DNA of 64,000 nucleotides from Paragordius varius. Lineage: Eukaryota; Animalia; Nematomorpha. Location: the NCBI GenBank assembly GCA_964247055.1, contig OZ176054.1:12276001-12340000 (forward strand), given 5' to 3'. The translations under genes were made by a program, and so were the position numbers. Below the pieces are notes generated by a model, which had not been told where the DNA came from, searched no databases, and worked only from the letters and a program-made list of their open reading frames with translations. This document shows, one piece after another, positions 14,215 to 26,108 of this stretch; position 1 is the stretch's first letter; each line of letters begins with the position of its first letter.

Positions 14215-14955
14215 TTAATTTAAGATAATTAACTTTGACCTTTGGAATCTCAATCTGTATTTAGCCATCCAGTCCAGTCCACAGATCAGCGGAGCCATCT
14301 CCATCGTTTTGTTTAGGACACATATGTCCCCGACCATTTGTTTGCCATTTACCTGGACCTTAACACTTGCTGTCCCCATCATTGGCACTGTAGTGTTATT
14401 GTAAGATTTCACTGGTGGTGTCGGTCTCAGCTTGGATTTACCAATTTGCTCCCACGTTGCAAAGTTTATTACACTAATATCCGAACCGGTATCGTAGATA
14501 AAGTCTTTTAAACCGTTAATTACTAATGTTATCAGTAAGGGTGTTTGCGCATTACGATCTATCCTGACTTCCTTCAATAATTGCCTATTGAAGTTCGGTC
14601 TTTGTCTCTTGGCCACACACATCCTAGCAAATGGTTCAGCTTTCCGCATTTGTTGCAAGATCGTCTCTAGGCTGGACACTTGTTGGGTGGGTGTGTGGTG
14701 CCGCAATATATACATGTAGTAGAAGATTTTATTATTGTTTGTCGATTGGATTATTATGTTGTAACCGATTGATATTATTATTGCTGTTACTATATAGTCG
14801 CTATTGTTATTACTATTATTGTTATTCCGTAATCCAGCCCTAGCAGCCTCATGTGCTAGTGCGATATCTACACTTAAAAAGCAGCGCATTCCGCATTCGA
14901 TATTACGGGCATTCATAAATAATTTTTCGATTAGACATAAGACTGTAAAATACAA
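14215..14955 (-). pseudogene. Gypsy gag C-terminus plus aspartic protease
   Basis: FIYDTGSDISVIN protease motif. In an alternate frame, two tandem knuckles CIYCGTTHPPNKC and CNKCGKLNH(fs)FARMC near 14630-14720, with a TAG between them and a 1-nt frameshift. Confidence 0.85.
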
Positions 14956-15473
14956 AAATTTAACATTTTAATTCGTTACCAATATATCAGAATTGCGTAA
15001 GAAATATGAATATTATTAAGTTTTAAAATGCATATTTTTGCATATGGATTTACAAAGTTTTCGCGGGCCGCACAAAGAAACTCGGAGGGCTGCTTTTGGC
15101 CACCCTTGGACCAAATGATAAATATTATATAAATTAAAATAAAATTTATGTTTAAGATCCAATGAGTGTTAAATGACCTTTGAGATAAAATGGTATATTT
15201 TTGTAATTTTTATTATTTGATCCGTGACTATAGATTGCCAATAATATTAGTGTGAACCATCGATAAAATAAAAATATTATCTTAAAAACATCTCAAATTC
15301 CAAAAATATAACTTTTAAAGAATAAGTCAGTATGTGCACTGGAATATAATTGGAAAAACTGTCATTCAATAATTGTGTTTTTATAAAAAATAATATCCTA
15401 ATATTACGCTGATAATGGTTAAACGTTATTTTTACTTATTTTGATATTTATCATCAAAAATAAAACCGTTTAT

Positions 15474-15641
15474 ATTGACTGGGAAAACGTTTTTATTGAT
15501 TGGGAAAATGTTTTTATTGCCTGGGAAAATGTTTTGATTGACTGGGAAAACGTTTCGATTGACTGGGAAAACGTTTCGATTGATTGGGAAAATGTTTCGA
15601 TTGACTGGGAAAACGTTTATTTTGACTGGGAAATGGTATAT
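15474..15641. repeat. Minisatellite, 8 x 21 bp (ATTGACTGGGAAAACGTTTNN)
   Basis: Units start at 15474, 15495, 15516, 15537, 15558, 15579, 15600, 15621. Confidence 0.95.
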
Positions 15642-16899
15642 TATACATTCAGTAATCATATCAGTTTATGATTCTTTTTTTGGTGATTAGTTGTCTGAAA
15701 ACATTCATATTTGAAATTATCTGTCAAAACCAAGATTCGTTTTTCCATTTGCTAAAATTTTTTTTATTTTTATGTCATAATATATCATGTATTTAATATT
15801 GATATCGCGCAAATTCCGCCAACGTTTATTTTATGCAAACCGGCCCATTGACATCCAAATATTTGAGACTTTGTTAACAAATTTATATTTTAATAAGTTT
15901 TCTTTTTGAAACATAGTTTGTAATTTATTTTTTTACAATAAAGCAGTAGATTTTTCCCAAATTATACAATATGCGCTTGTTTTTCTATGTTTAATATGGA
16001 AAAATTACCTCCAACTTTCAAAAAGCACCAAATCCAAATGCATTATGGGAATCCTGATGCACTCTGTACTTTGCTTTAAAATGAAATTTTTCATAATATA
16101 ACATAGCTTAATATTAATTCAACCAATTGTGAAAAGTAATATATAAATAACTACCTTTACCAGCGCATGTTTTAGCATGATATTAGTAATTTAAGTTCTT
16201 AACCCAGTACTGACAAAATTATTTCAATCATATTCATCGTGAATAAATTAATTAGAAATTATTCATAACACACTGAGTAGAAATAAAACTTGTTGTTACG
16301 ATCTTGATAAATCTTGTTATGTATTTACAGTCCTTTTTAATCAAATATTCGATTCCTTTCATTTTTAAAATACATTCGATTGACCACCGTTCTATTTCAT
16401 TTTTAGCTAGTGAGAAACCTAGATCGGAAGAATATAATATATCAATAACGATACGTCAAAATTAAATTTTAAATTATTTATCACCATCAAAAATGGAGTT
16501 AGGTTAGTGATTAAATGAGTAAGCCTTAAAGCCAACACACCATAAAATCCTAATACCATAGTCTGCCAAAAATTTTACAGTATATGTTTTGTGTACATTC
16601 TGTAATGTTAAAAGACAAATATACCTAATACCAATTAAAAATAATTTGTATATATATATCATTTACATTTATTTAAAAATAATTAACATTAGTATATAAT
16701 CTTAAAACGTTCGCGAATAGCATAAACATAAATGTGTCATTGTTCTAAAAGCTAGGAATGAGTTACATTAGGATCAGTGCACTTTATAGGCTGTATGGAG
16801 TTTGGCTTTTGACTTGTGTGGTGGCCCAAGTCAAAAACCTTTGGTAACGTTAAAATGAGTTGATTTTCTCTCTCATATCTGCAAATCCAAATAATTTGA

Positions 16900-17600
16900 A
16901 ACGAGTTAATTTTATATATTCTTCCTATTGTGTGGTATATTGCTTTGTGAGAATAAAATTGAGAATTGTAAGAATCAAAGCATACTGTGAAGCAATTTCA
17001 ATCTGGCGACATTGAAAATGCCCACGTGATTGGACTTATGGTAACAAAATTTATCTCGCTACCAAATAATACAATGTTGATCAGGCGAATTATGTGTGAC
17101 ATTTTCAATGGTGGTGTTTGAAAATGCAAACATAATTAACCTTTTGTTTAGAATTTTTTGGTCCTTGCTCCAGAATTGCGGAATATTCAATGATTAAAAT
17201 ATTTTTCATTCCATTAACCACGGTTTTAGTTGATTTAAATATATGCCAATCACAAATAGAAGAAATACTGTTAACTCGTTTCAATTGATCAAATGTCTGA
17301 ATTAAATATCAGATAAAGAATGCAGAAGTATTTTCCTTTTTGAGTTTTCTTGATTACAAAAAACGTAAAATCAAATATTTCGAATATTTGGCGGCTATTT
17401 AATTTATTTTAATTTACGCTTTTAAATAATCAAGAAATCAAGGAATATGAATTTCATTACTGAAGTCAGTTAATGCTTCTTCCGTTTTAATCCATGTTTG
17501 CTTTTCATTTAAATAATCATTAATATAAAATTCATCCCAATTATAAATTTAACATTTTTATTTAAAAAGTAGAACAAATATTCTATTTTAACGTATTTTA
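16900..17600 (-). pseudogene. Decayed coding sequence, possibly Mutator-like transposase
   Basis: Long protein-like minus frames broken by isolated stops and frameshifts; SICDWHIFKS resembles the MULE CxWH motif. Confidence 0.3.
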
Positions 17601-19212
17601 GAATTGTTTACATATACGGTGTGTGGACAAAAAAAATATGTTTATAAACATATATAAAGTTTTTCTAATTTTTATCTAATGGCCAAAATCAAAAATCGCA
17701 TTGTTCTAGCACATTAGGTCAAACAATTATTATAATGCTTAATTTAAAAATTAATTAAAGTTTAAAACTCTTTAAGAACTACTTGCCAAATTCACAAGGT
17801 AAAAAATTGGAGTAAAATTTAACCAAATATTTTGGTATCGCGTCTTTTGTGGTCACTTGCATCTGTTTCAATTAAACAACTAAATTTTCATCTTATACCT
17901 ATTATTAATATCTATTGATATGATGGTGTAATGGCAGTTATTGGAAAATAAAAATTTAGTATTAACTGATTCGGAAACTTTATTTAATTATAAGGAAATG
18001 AGATTGGGTTAGTATAATGGCGATCGACCTAGAAGAAATGGTATGACCAATTCTTAGATTTTGGCTTAAAAAATAGTTTAAAAAATTATATCAAGCGATA
18101 ATTTATATTTCTTTTTAATCGAAATACTAAATAAAAAATATGGAATACTGATGTATTGTTTCTGCGATACTTTTGTTCATGTACTCATTATAGTACCTTA
18201 GATATATGTTAAATGTGCTGATTTATGCCAAGCCATAAGCCTCTAATCGAAAATATTGAAATTCAAATATATATTTAATAACCATACAGATCTTTTTATA
18301 GGGTTTTAAATGAAACGTTTTTAAAACTTAAATATGCTAAAACCATAAAAATATCGTTTTGTAATAATTCTCTTCTCTAAAACCATGTGAGAGTTTCAAA
18401 ATACGCCACTTATGTCTAAGTTAAAAGTAAAAATTTTGAAAGTTATTAGGATAAATTATGACCAAGAGAGCGATACAAGGTTTAAGACTTTTTTGAGAGA
18501 TTGATCTTGCGATTAATACACTGTGTGCAAAAAAGAGGGTTAATTTAACAAAAAAATTTTCATGAGATAGCTTATGGCCAGCGAAATCATTTGCCGTAAA
18601 AATTTAAATTTGTTGACGACCTAATTTTTGAAATAATAAGAGAAAATCGAAATCGGGCAAAAAGTGAAAATTATTGATAATTAAGGATAATTAAAGAATA
18701 ATGATAAAAATTAAGATATTATGGTTTTTTATCCTTTAGGAGATATTTCCATATAAATAGCCAAAAATCATATAGTAGGTTTTTATAAAATAGTACATAA
18801 AATGGAGTTTTTCTTTTAATATAACTAAAAGACATTTTTTATTTCAAGCTAAACTCACAAAAATTATAAAATTCATTTATTATACTTATATATTAAAAAT
18901 CTAAAAAAATTGTTTTTTATCTTTTGATTTTTTATAATCTGGTTTATAAGTATATAAAAAATCTATAGTTTAATTTTACAATCTTACATGATTGCAAATC
19001 ATCAACTATATAATATATACGCATAAATTTTAAAGTAGTGGAATATCAATTACAAATCTCTGTAAAATTTGTTTTAACATAACTTAATATTTTTACTGGT
19101 ATACACTACTTGTGATTTTTATTTATTAAATAATTCCCGCTCATGTAAGATTCCAAAATAAGAGAGTAATTTTTTATATTAACTAAATGGATGGATGGAT
19201 GAATCTCTGTTG

Positions 19213-19606
19213 TCAAGGGGTCCCTTGGCATCCCGTCGTGACGGGGTTTAGGTGTTTGATCATTGCATTGAAGTATTTTTTGTTTAACCAGTCCCCGGCT
19301 TTTATGTTTTTTGACTGTAGGTCTTGGGTAATGTTTTTGTCCCATGTTATTGCTGGACGACCAACTCTGTTTTGTTTGTTTGGCTTAAGGTTTGTTATAT
19401 TTTTAATCCAATTATCGTTATCTAATCTTTGAATGTGACCGTAATAGCCAAGTCTACGGATTTGAATATATTTTGAGATTGGTAGGATTTGTTTATCATA
19501 AGAAATTGTTTGCTTAAATGTATTTATCATTCTTTGTTCCATATTATCCAGCATATTTTCCTGTGTTTTACTTATTTGCCATGTTTCGCAAGCATAAGTT
19601 ATAGTG
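19213..19606 (-). pseudogene. RTE ORF C-terminal part
   Basis: Removing the hAT and one TSD rejoins GVRPTIT|YACETW...RLGYYGHIQR...GRPAITW in frame. Confidence 0.9.
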
Positions 19607-22332
19607 CAGGGGTGGCCAACGAGGTGACCGCGGTCACTTTCGTGACCGCGACAACTCAAAAAGTGACCGCCTGAAAATATTTTTTTTTAAAAAATTTTAT
19701 TGATTTTTTTCGGATAGTTGGCTACTTCTGAGCGAATTTAAATTTAAAATACAAAAAAATACGGTTTAAATTAAAAAAAAACGTCTAAGAAAAGGGTGTA
19801 AAAAATTATTTTATTAATTATAATTCATATGTTTTGGAGAATTTGCATTAAAACTTAAAATCAGTCATTTCCCTTGAATATATCAAAACTTTGAGCAAAG
19901 CTTATTCATAAATCAGAAGCATAATCGTGAAGTTAGATTTGATTTGATACACCAAAAGTAGGTTTTTAAAACTTATATTTTAGAATGAGCCAAAAAAAGT
20001 TGTACAGATACAAGAAAGATTGGGAGCATGAATACTTTTTTATTATGATAAATGAAACATGCACCTGTCTAATGTGCAATAGTACTGTTGCTTTGCCGAA
20101 AAAGTCAAATATTGAAAGACATTATAGATCTCTGCATCCACATTACTCCAAAAACTACCCCTTACAAACTCAAGAACGCAACATTAAAGTAAAGGAATTA
20201 AAAGAACAATTATCCGCCTCACAAAATAGCATACTTAAATACAACAAAGACTATAAAAATGCTACGATTGCTTCATTCAAGGTAGCGGAAATACTCATTC
20301 GGAACAATAAGCCATTCCAAGATGGTGAAATATTTAAATAAGCCTTTATTAGCGCTTGTGATATTTTATTTGAAAATTTTGATAACAAAAATAATATTAT
20401 GACAGCTATTAAAAGCATAAGCTTATCGAGAAATACCGTTATGCGCAGGGCTGAAGATATTAGTAATAATCTTGATGAAATTTTACATGAAAATATTAAT
20501 AACTGTATTTTTTTTCCTTGCAACTCGATGAGTCCACCGATTATGTTGAAATCGCCCAATTATGCATTTTTATTCGTATGATATTTAGTGATTTATCTGC
20601 AAAGGAGGAATTATTAACTATAATACCTCTCCACGAACGAACCAGAGGGCAGGATATTTTTGATTCTTTTTATAAATTTATCACAGATACGAAACTTCCC
20701 ATCGTAAAACTCGCTAACTACTGATGGAGCTCCAGCTATGATTGGCGTTAACAACGGCTTTATCGGTTTATGTAAAAATCACAGTGCATTTCCCAAGTTC
20801 ATTGATTACCATTGTATAATCCATAATCAAGTTTTATGTTCAAAAGTTTTAAAATACCATCATGTAATGAACCCCTGTTTTAAAATTGTTAACGCCATTC
20901 GAACAAAAAGCTTGTCCCGCCGCCAATTTCGAATTTTGTTAAATGAGTGCGGCGTGGAATATGGAGAACTTTTATTACATACTGATGTAAGGTGGTTGAG
21001 TCGTGCCGCATTTTTAATTAGATTTAGGCAACTTTTACCACAAATAGAAATTTTTTTAGAGAATTCTAAATTTTCATACCCTGAATTGAAAGATCAAGAT
21101 TGGCTGCTTGATCTTGCATTTTTATGCGATATCACGGAAAAATTGCATAAATTAAACATCCAATTACAAGGAAAAGATAAAACAATAATGGATATGATGG
21201 GTGCTTTAAAATCTTTTAAGGAAACACTAACAGTAGTAGAAACACAATTAAAAAACCGAGATTTAAAACATTTTTTTAATCTGGCAGCGGTGTCTGAAAA
21301 AATAGAGAATCTCTCTTTTGAAAAATATGCAGATGATATTGGTCTGCTTATTAATGATTTTGAAAAACGATTTTCATCTATAAATAAACTTGAAGACATC
21401 GCTATTTTTTTATCATGCCCATTTAATAATAATAATAATGTTGAATATATTGCTCAAAAACTCAGCCACTTTCTTGGTGTACCAAATTTTAACAGAGTTG
21501 GAAGAGGAATTAATAAATGTTAAATGCGATATCCATCTAAAATCATTAGGATCAGATATATATAAATTTATAAAGATAAATACCCCCATATTTGGAAAAC
21601 CGCTGCATTATTCAATTCTTTTTTTGGATCAACATATTTATGTGAATCGGCTTTTTCAATTATGAATGCTATCAAAACTAAACAGAGGTCACAATTAACT
21701 AATAAATTTAGAATCATGTTTAAGAATTGCTTTGACTTCATTTGAACCTAATTTAGATAAACTTTCTGAATTTTTTCGCAGTCGGGCGTTTTAAATATTT
21801 TTTTCTTTATTAAATATGGATGTTTATCGAGTTGTATTTTCGCTTAGGAAAAAGCCGATTGACTAAAAAATATGTGGATAGAATTAAAACTGATACAATT
21901 TTAATGTACTCTTATTTATGTTCAAATTATGGTTCTAAATTGGAATGCTATTTTTTATTTCTTTTATTTTTTGTATCATAATGTATTCTCCCCTGTTATT
22001 TCAAATGCATTGTTTAAATTTTTATATTGTAAAATTTCATATAATAGAATAATAAATAAATATTTTGAAGTGTTTTATGTTGGTTAAAAAATTAAGGTAG
22101 TTAATAACCCGTTGTCTTTTAATTAAAATTATTTTTGTATTTGGTTGATAGATAAAAAAATTACAATTTTAAAATGGTTTAAACAAGTCACTCTAATCTG
22201 TAAAGCAGGTATATACATCATTTAAAGTGTTGATTGAGTTTTTTTGATAAATATTTCTGGGTGACCGCGAACTCTTTTTTTAACAAAAAAGCCAAAAAAA
22301 AGGTCGCGACAAAAAAAGTGTGGCCACCCCTG
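19607..22332 (+). mobile_element. hAT (SPIN/Buster-like) DNA transposon, full length 2726 bp
   Basis: Perfect 12-bp TIR CAGGGGTGGCCA; perfect 8-bp TSD TTATAGTG (19599-19606, 22333-22340); GTGACCGC subterminal repeats. Confidence 0.95.
19985..21780 (+). pseudogene. hAT transposase (BED finger, DDE core, dimerisation domain), disrupted
   Basis: CLMC...RHYRSLH; LQLDESTD; TDGAPAM; HCIIHNQ; HTDVRWLSR; FGSTYLCESAFS. One in-frame TAA (20339-20341) and several frameshifts. Confidence 0.9.
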
Positions 22333-25049
22333 TTATAGTGGGTCTAACGCCAATTAGGTATATTTTGTTTTTTGTTTTTGTAGATATGTGTTTATTGGTA
22401 AATATGTATTTATATTGGTTGTATCTACCCCAACCAATTCTTATGCGATTTTTGATGGCTTCAGATGAACCTCCTTGAGCGGAAATGGTATCACCAAGGT
22501 AGGTAAACTTTTGTACTTTTTGAATTTCGCTGTCACCTATTTTAAGGTAGGTTTCAGCTTCTATGGGTGGAATAAATTGTTTGGATAGAGTACATGGGGT
22601 GCATATATAATTATTATTATTTTTTAAAGTTCCATTTAATCCCGAACATGGTTTGTGTAACCAGTATTGACACTTAGTGCATTGGATGGAGTTTAGACCT
22701 ACATTTTTTAAGCATGCGCGGCATGGGTATTTGATTTGATCGGTCTTTTTGTCGCCTGTTATCATAACCTTAGTTTTTTGAATGTTGATTGTGAGACCAT
22801 GTCGCTCAAGGCAGGTTTTCCAGAGTTTGAACTTTTGACTGAGTTCGTTTAGATTTTCTGACGTTAACAATAAATCATCAGCGTAGATGAGCTCCCAAGG
22901 AAGACCAGCACGGATCTCATCACTGATGGTGTCTATTATTATGGTGAATAGAAGGGGGCTAAGAACAGAACCTTGGTGTAGTCCTGTTGTGATGTGGAAT
23001 GGAATTGTGTGCCCGAAATGTGTGTTAACACAGGTTTTACTGTTATCATATAATAACTTTATTGCATCTATGATCCATTTGTCTACTCCTTTTTTTTGAA
23101 GACACCAGAAAATGAGCGTTCGAGGGATTTTATCGAACGCTTTCTCCATGTCAATAAATAGATGGTATAATTGGCTTCCTTTAGAAAGATAGTTTTCTTG
23201 AAGGCGCCTTAATATAAATATGGGGTCTGTTGTGCTGCAGCCTTGACGGAAGGCAAACTGCATGTTGTCAATATTAACTATGTCCCTTATTTTCTGAGCT
23301 AAAATTGATTCAAAAACTTTCATAGTATGTTCTAGTAGTTATTGGACGATATGACGCGCAATTAAGTTTATTTCCTTTATTTTTGTAGATTGGAATGGTT
23401 ATACTATTTTGCCAATCGGATGGGATCTTATTCTCGATTATTATTTTGTTGAAAAGGGTTGTTAAAATGGGACTCTTAAACTTTATACTTTTCAATAAGT
23501 CAGCTGAGAGTTCAGACGGTCCTGCCGCTTTATTGTTTTTCATTTTTTTAATGCGTTTTCTATGTCGATTTCATTAATGAGTGGTGTGGGGCCAATGTTA
23601 AAAGGCAATGTTGGCAGTTCGTCGACGTGATTTGATTCATTTAAAACTCCCTTCATATATTCAAGCCAAGTTAGTTTCACGTCTTCTGGTTTGGTCATAG
23701 TTGTACCGTCTTTATCATTAAGATATTTATTGGTTGGTATATCTTGCTTATTTTGTATTCTATTTTTTACTTTTCTAAATATTCTCGAATTGGATGTATC
23801 TCTTTCAATTTCATCAGCTATTTCTCTGCTCCTCTTGTTCTTTTGGACATCAATCAACTTATTGACATATTTTTTATGATTTAAATAAGCTAACTTATCT
23901 TTATCGAGGCCTGATTTTTTCCATTTTTTAAACAATTCAAATTTTTTCTATGTGTGACTTTTAATTTCATTTGACCACCACCATTTCTTTTGTGGCCTAC
24001 CGCCATACTTTTTTCTGCCGCAAACTTTAAGTGCAGTCTTTACTGCCCCGTTTTTTAAGGTGGTCCATATATTTTCAATACTCATATTTTCATCTATAGC
24101 TATATTGGCTGTCTCATTTTGAAAGAGGTTCATCTTTTCTGGTTTGGAGAGGGCATTACTATTTATTTTAGCTTTTAAGACTATATTTTTATTGTTATTA
24201 CTATTTATCTGTAGTTCTGCTACTATCAAAGAATGTTGTGTTTCACATGCATAAGTCTTTATGTTCCTTATATAATAGCGGTATTTTTGATTTATTAGGA
24301 TGTAATCAATCATTGATTCATTATCATTGCTACGATAGGTGATTAAAGCCTTATTTGGTTTTGTAAAGAAAGTGTTAGATACAACTAAATTTAAGGAATT
24401 GCAGAAATCAAGTATTGTTTCTCCTTCATCATCTCTAAAGCCAAATCCATAATTACCATGAACATTTTCATAATCATCGTTTTTTCCTCCAACATGTCCA
24501 TTCAAATCGCCACCAATTAGCACAATATCATTTGGTGGTATCTTATTGCATATATTGAATAACTGTTCCCAAAAAGCAGTTTTGTCAGATTGAGTTCTCC
24601 CTTTCTGTGGAGCGTATGCTGATATTACGTTAAATATCTGTTTACTGATGACTACCCTAAGTTGTATTAATCTGTTTGAATGCCTGGTTATAGATACTAT
24701 ATTTTTTGCAAGTTCTACTTTCAAAGCAATAGCAACCCCTCCTTGGCTTGTTTTATCGCCTTGATGAAATAATTTATAATTCTCAATGACCTCGTTTCGT
24801 CCATCTTTGTATCGTGTCTCTTGAAGGCAACAAATGTCTATGTTTTTGTTTGTGAGCTTGGAGATGATAGATAGGGTTTTCCCTTTGAAAGATCCTATAT
24901 TGTAAGTGGCAAACTTAAATTTTAACTGTTTCGTATTATTATTTTTAATATGTGAGGAAAAAACGTATTAGTGGTGGTTTGTTTGGAGATGTATATTGTT
25001 CAGAATTAAACAGTTGGATTTTATTATTGCGTTGATTTCGTTCAGTCAT
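22333..25049 (-). pseudogene. RTE ORF, N-terminal part: apurinic endonuclease + RT + PHD finger, several frameshifts
   Basis: APE motifs FATYNI, DICCLQET, SAYAP, GGDLNGH, IDYIL; RT motifs IDMEKAFD, QGSVLSP, IYADD, FTYLG; C4HC3 at 22592-22723. Confidence 0.92.
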
Positions 25050-25533
25050 AATACCATTAAGATTATAGTTATTAAATACAATATAATAGATAAATTATGT
25101 ATATAAATAAATATATTTTTTTTTTGGTGTTGGTGCAAGTAAGAAAATGAAATAAAATAGAGGTGTTTAAAAGCTTTTGTTGCAGTATAATAGTTGAAAA
25201 TTTGGTTGCATTGATCATATTATTATTAAGCAAATGTTTTATGATTGCATGCCTTTGCAATATCAACCTCTAGCTCCGAGGAGGAGATAAACATATTCGG
25301 CGTTTACAACCTAGGGAATCGCCTTACCAGGCTAATGGAGTTCCCTCTCCACATTCTAGTTTAAAATAATTCTGGAGTTGGGGTCTTGCATTATTATATA
25401 TTGTCATGTTTTTGGCAACTGGTTAAAGCGCCAGAGAGCCCGCTTGGAATTTCGTGTGAATACAGGTATTGTGGCATTTTATAAGTCTTGACTTGCCAGG
25501 AGCCAAAACCACCAACCCCACACATTCTTGACG

Positions 25534-25582
25534 CCTCTTCCGTTTGTCAAAGTCCAGGGTGCACGACGGGGACGAGAAGAAG
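25534..25582 (-). ncRNA. Candidate degenerate/5'-truncated HDV-like ribozyme at the RTE 5' end
   Basis: P2 cttcttc/gaagagg, P3 tcg/cgt (one mismatch), L3 tccccgt, putative P1 3' strand gcaccct, P1.1 gg; no P1 5' strand found. Confidence 0.4.
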
Positions 25583-25600
25583 GACTCATAATTATAAACA

Positions 25601-25632
<32 letters not shown>

Positions 25633-25805
25633 GACAACACTAAAAAACGCAAGTAGGAAAAATAATATTGAATAAAAAAAATTCATAAATTTTAAACTAT
25701 TTAATATTATTTGATGTATTTCCCCGATATCAAATGTTATTAAACTTTTTTGCATAGTTTGATATTAATAACCGCGGTCTCCCCCCTCGTTTATAAATAT
25801 ATAAA

Positions 25806-26108
25806 GACCCGAAAGATGGTGAACTATGCCTGGGCAGGGTGAAGCCAGAGGAAACTCTGGTGGAGGTCCGAAGCGATTCTGACGCGCAAATCGATCGTCA
25901 AACCTGGGTATAGGGGCGAAAGACTAATCGAACCATCTAGTAGCTGGTTCTCTCCGAAGTTTCCCTCAGGATAGCTGGTGTAAATGGAAAACAGTTTTAT
26001 CCGGTAAAGCGAATGAGTAGAGGTCTCGGGATCGAAACGGTCTCGACCTATTCTCAAACTTTAAATGGGTAAGCAGCTTGTGTCGCTTGATTGGACTGAG
26101 CTATGAAT
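25806..26108 (+). rRNA. 28S: Isolated 28S rRNA gene fragment (rDNA pseudogene, about 300 bp)
   Basis: Conserved LSU blocks gacccgaaagatggtgaactatgcctg, ggggcgaaagactaatcgaaccatctagtagctggtt, ccgaagtttccctcaggatagctgg, ggtaaagcgaatg; flanks are non-rDNA AT-rich sequence. Confidence 0.92.

Larger units (their letters stand above)
11290..14980 (-). mobile_element. Ty3/Gypsy LTR retrotransposon (Mag/K02A2.6-like), 5'-truncated, decayed
   Basis: Domain order gag knuckles-PR-RT-RNaseH-IN, then PPT and LTR; frameshifts between ORFs; no 5' LTR or PBS seen. Confidence 0.92.
19186..25587 (-). mobile_element. RTE-clade non-LTR retrotransposon (about 3.7 kb net), split by hAT insertion
   Basis: Single APE-RT polyprotein; structured GC-richer 5' UTR (25260-25587); 3' end with (CATC)n tail at 19186-19202; GRP...W C-terminal motif typical of RTE. 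Confidence 0.92.

Noticed and set aside
10725-15108. Pairing the hAT-like ends at 10725 and 15108 into one element enclosing the Gypsy
   Set aside because: The TIRs differ and the 8-bp flanks match only 4/8.
15474-15641. CRISPR-like array (also considered for 60.7-64 kb)
   Set aside because: Units are contiguous with no unique spacers, there are no cas genes, and the context is eukaryotic.
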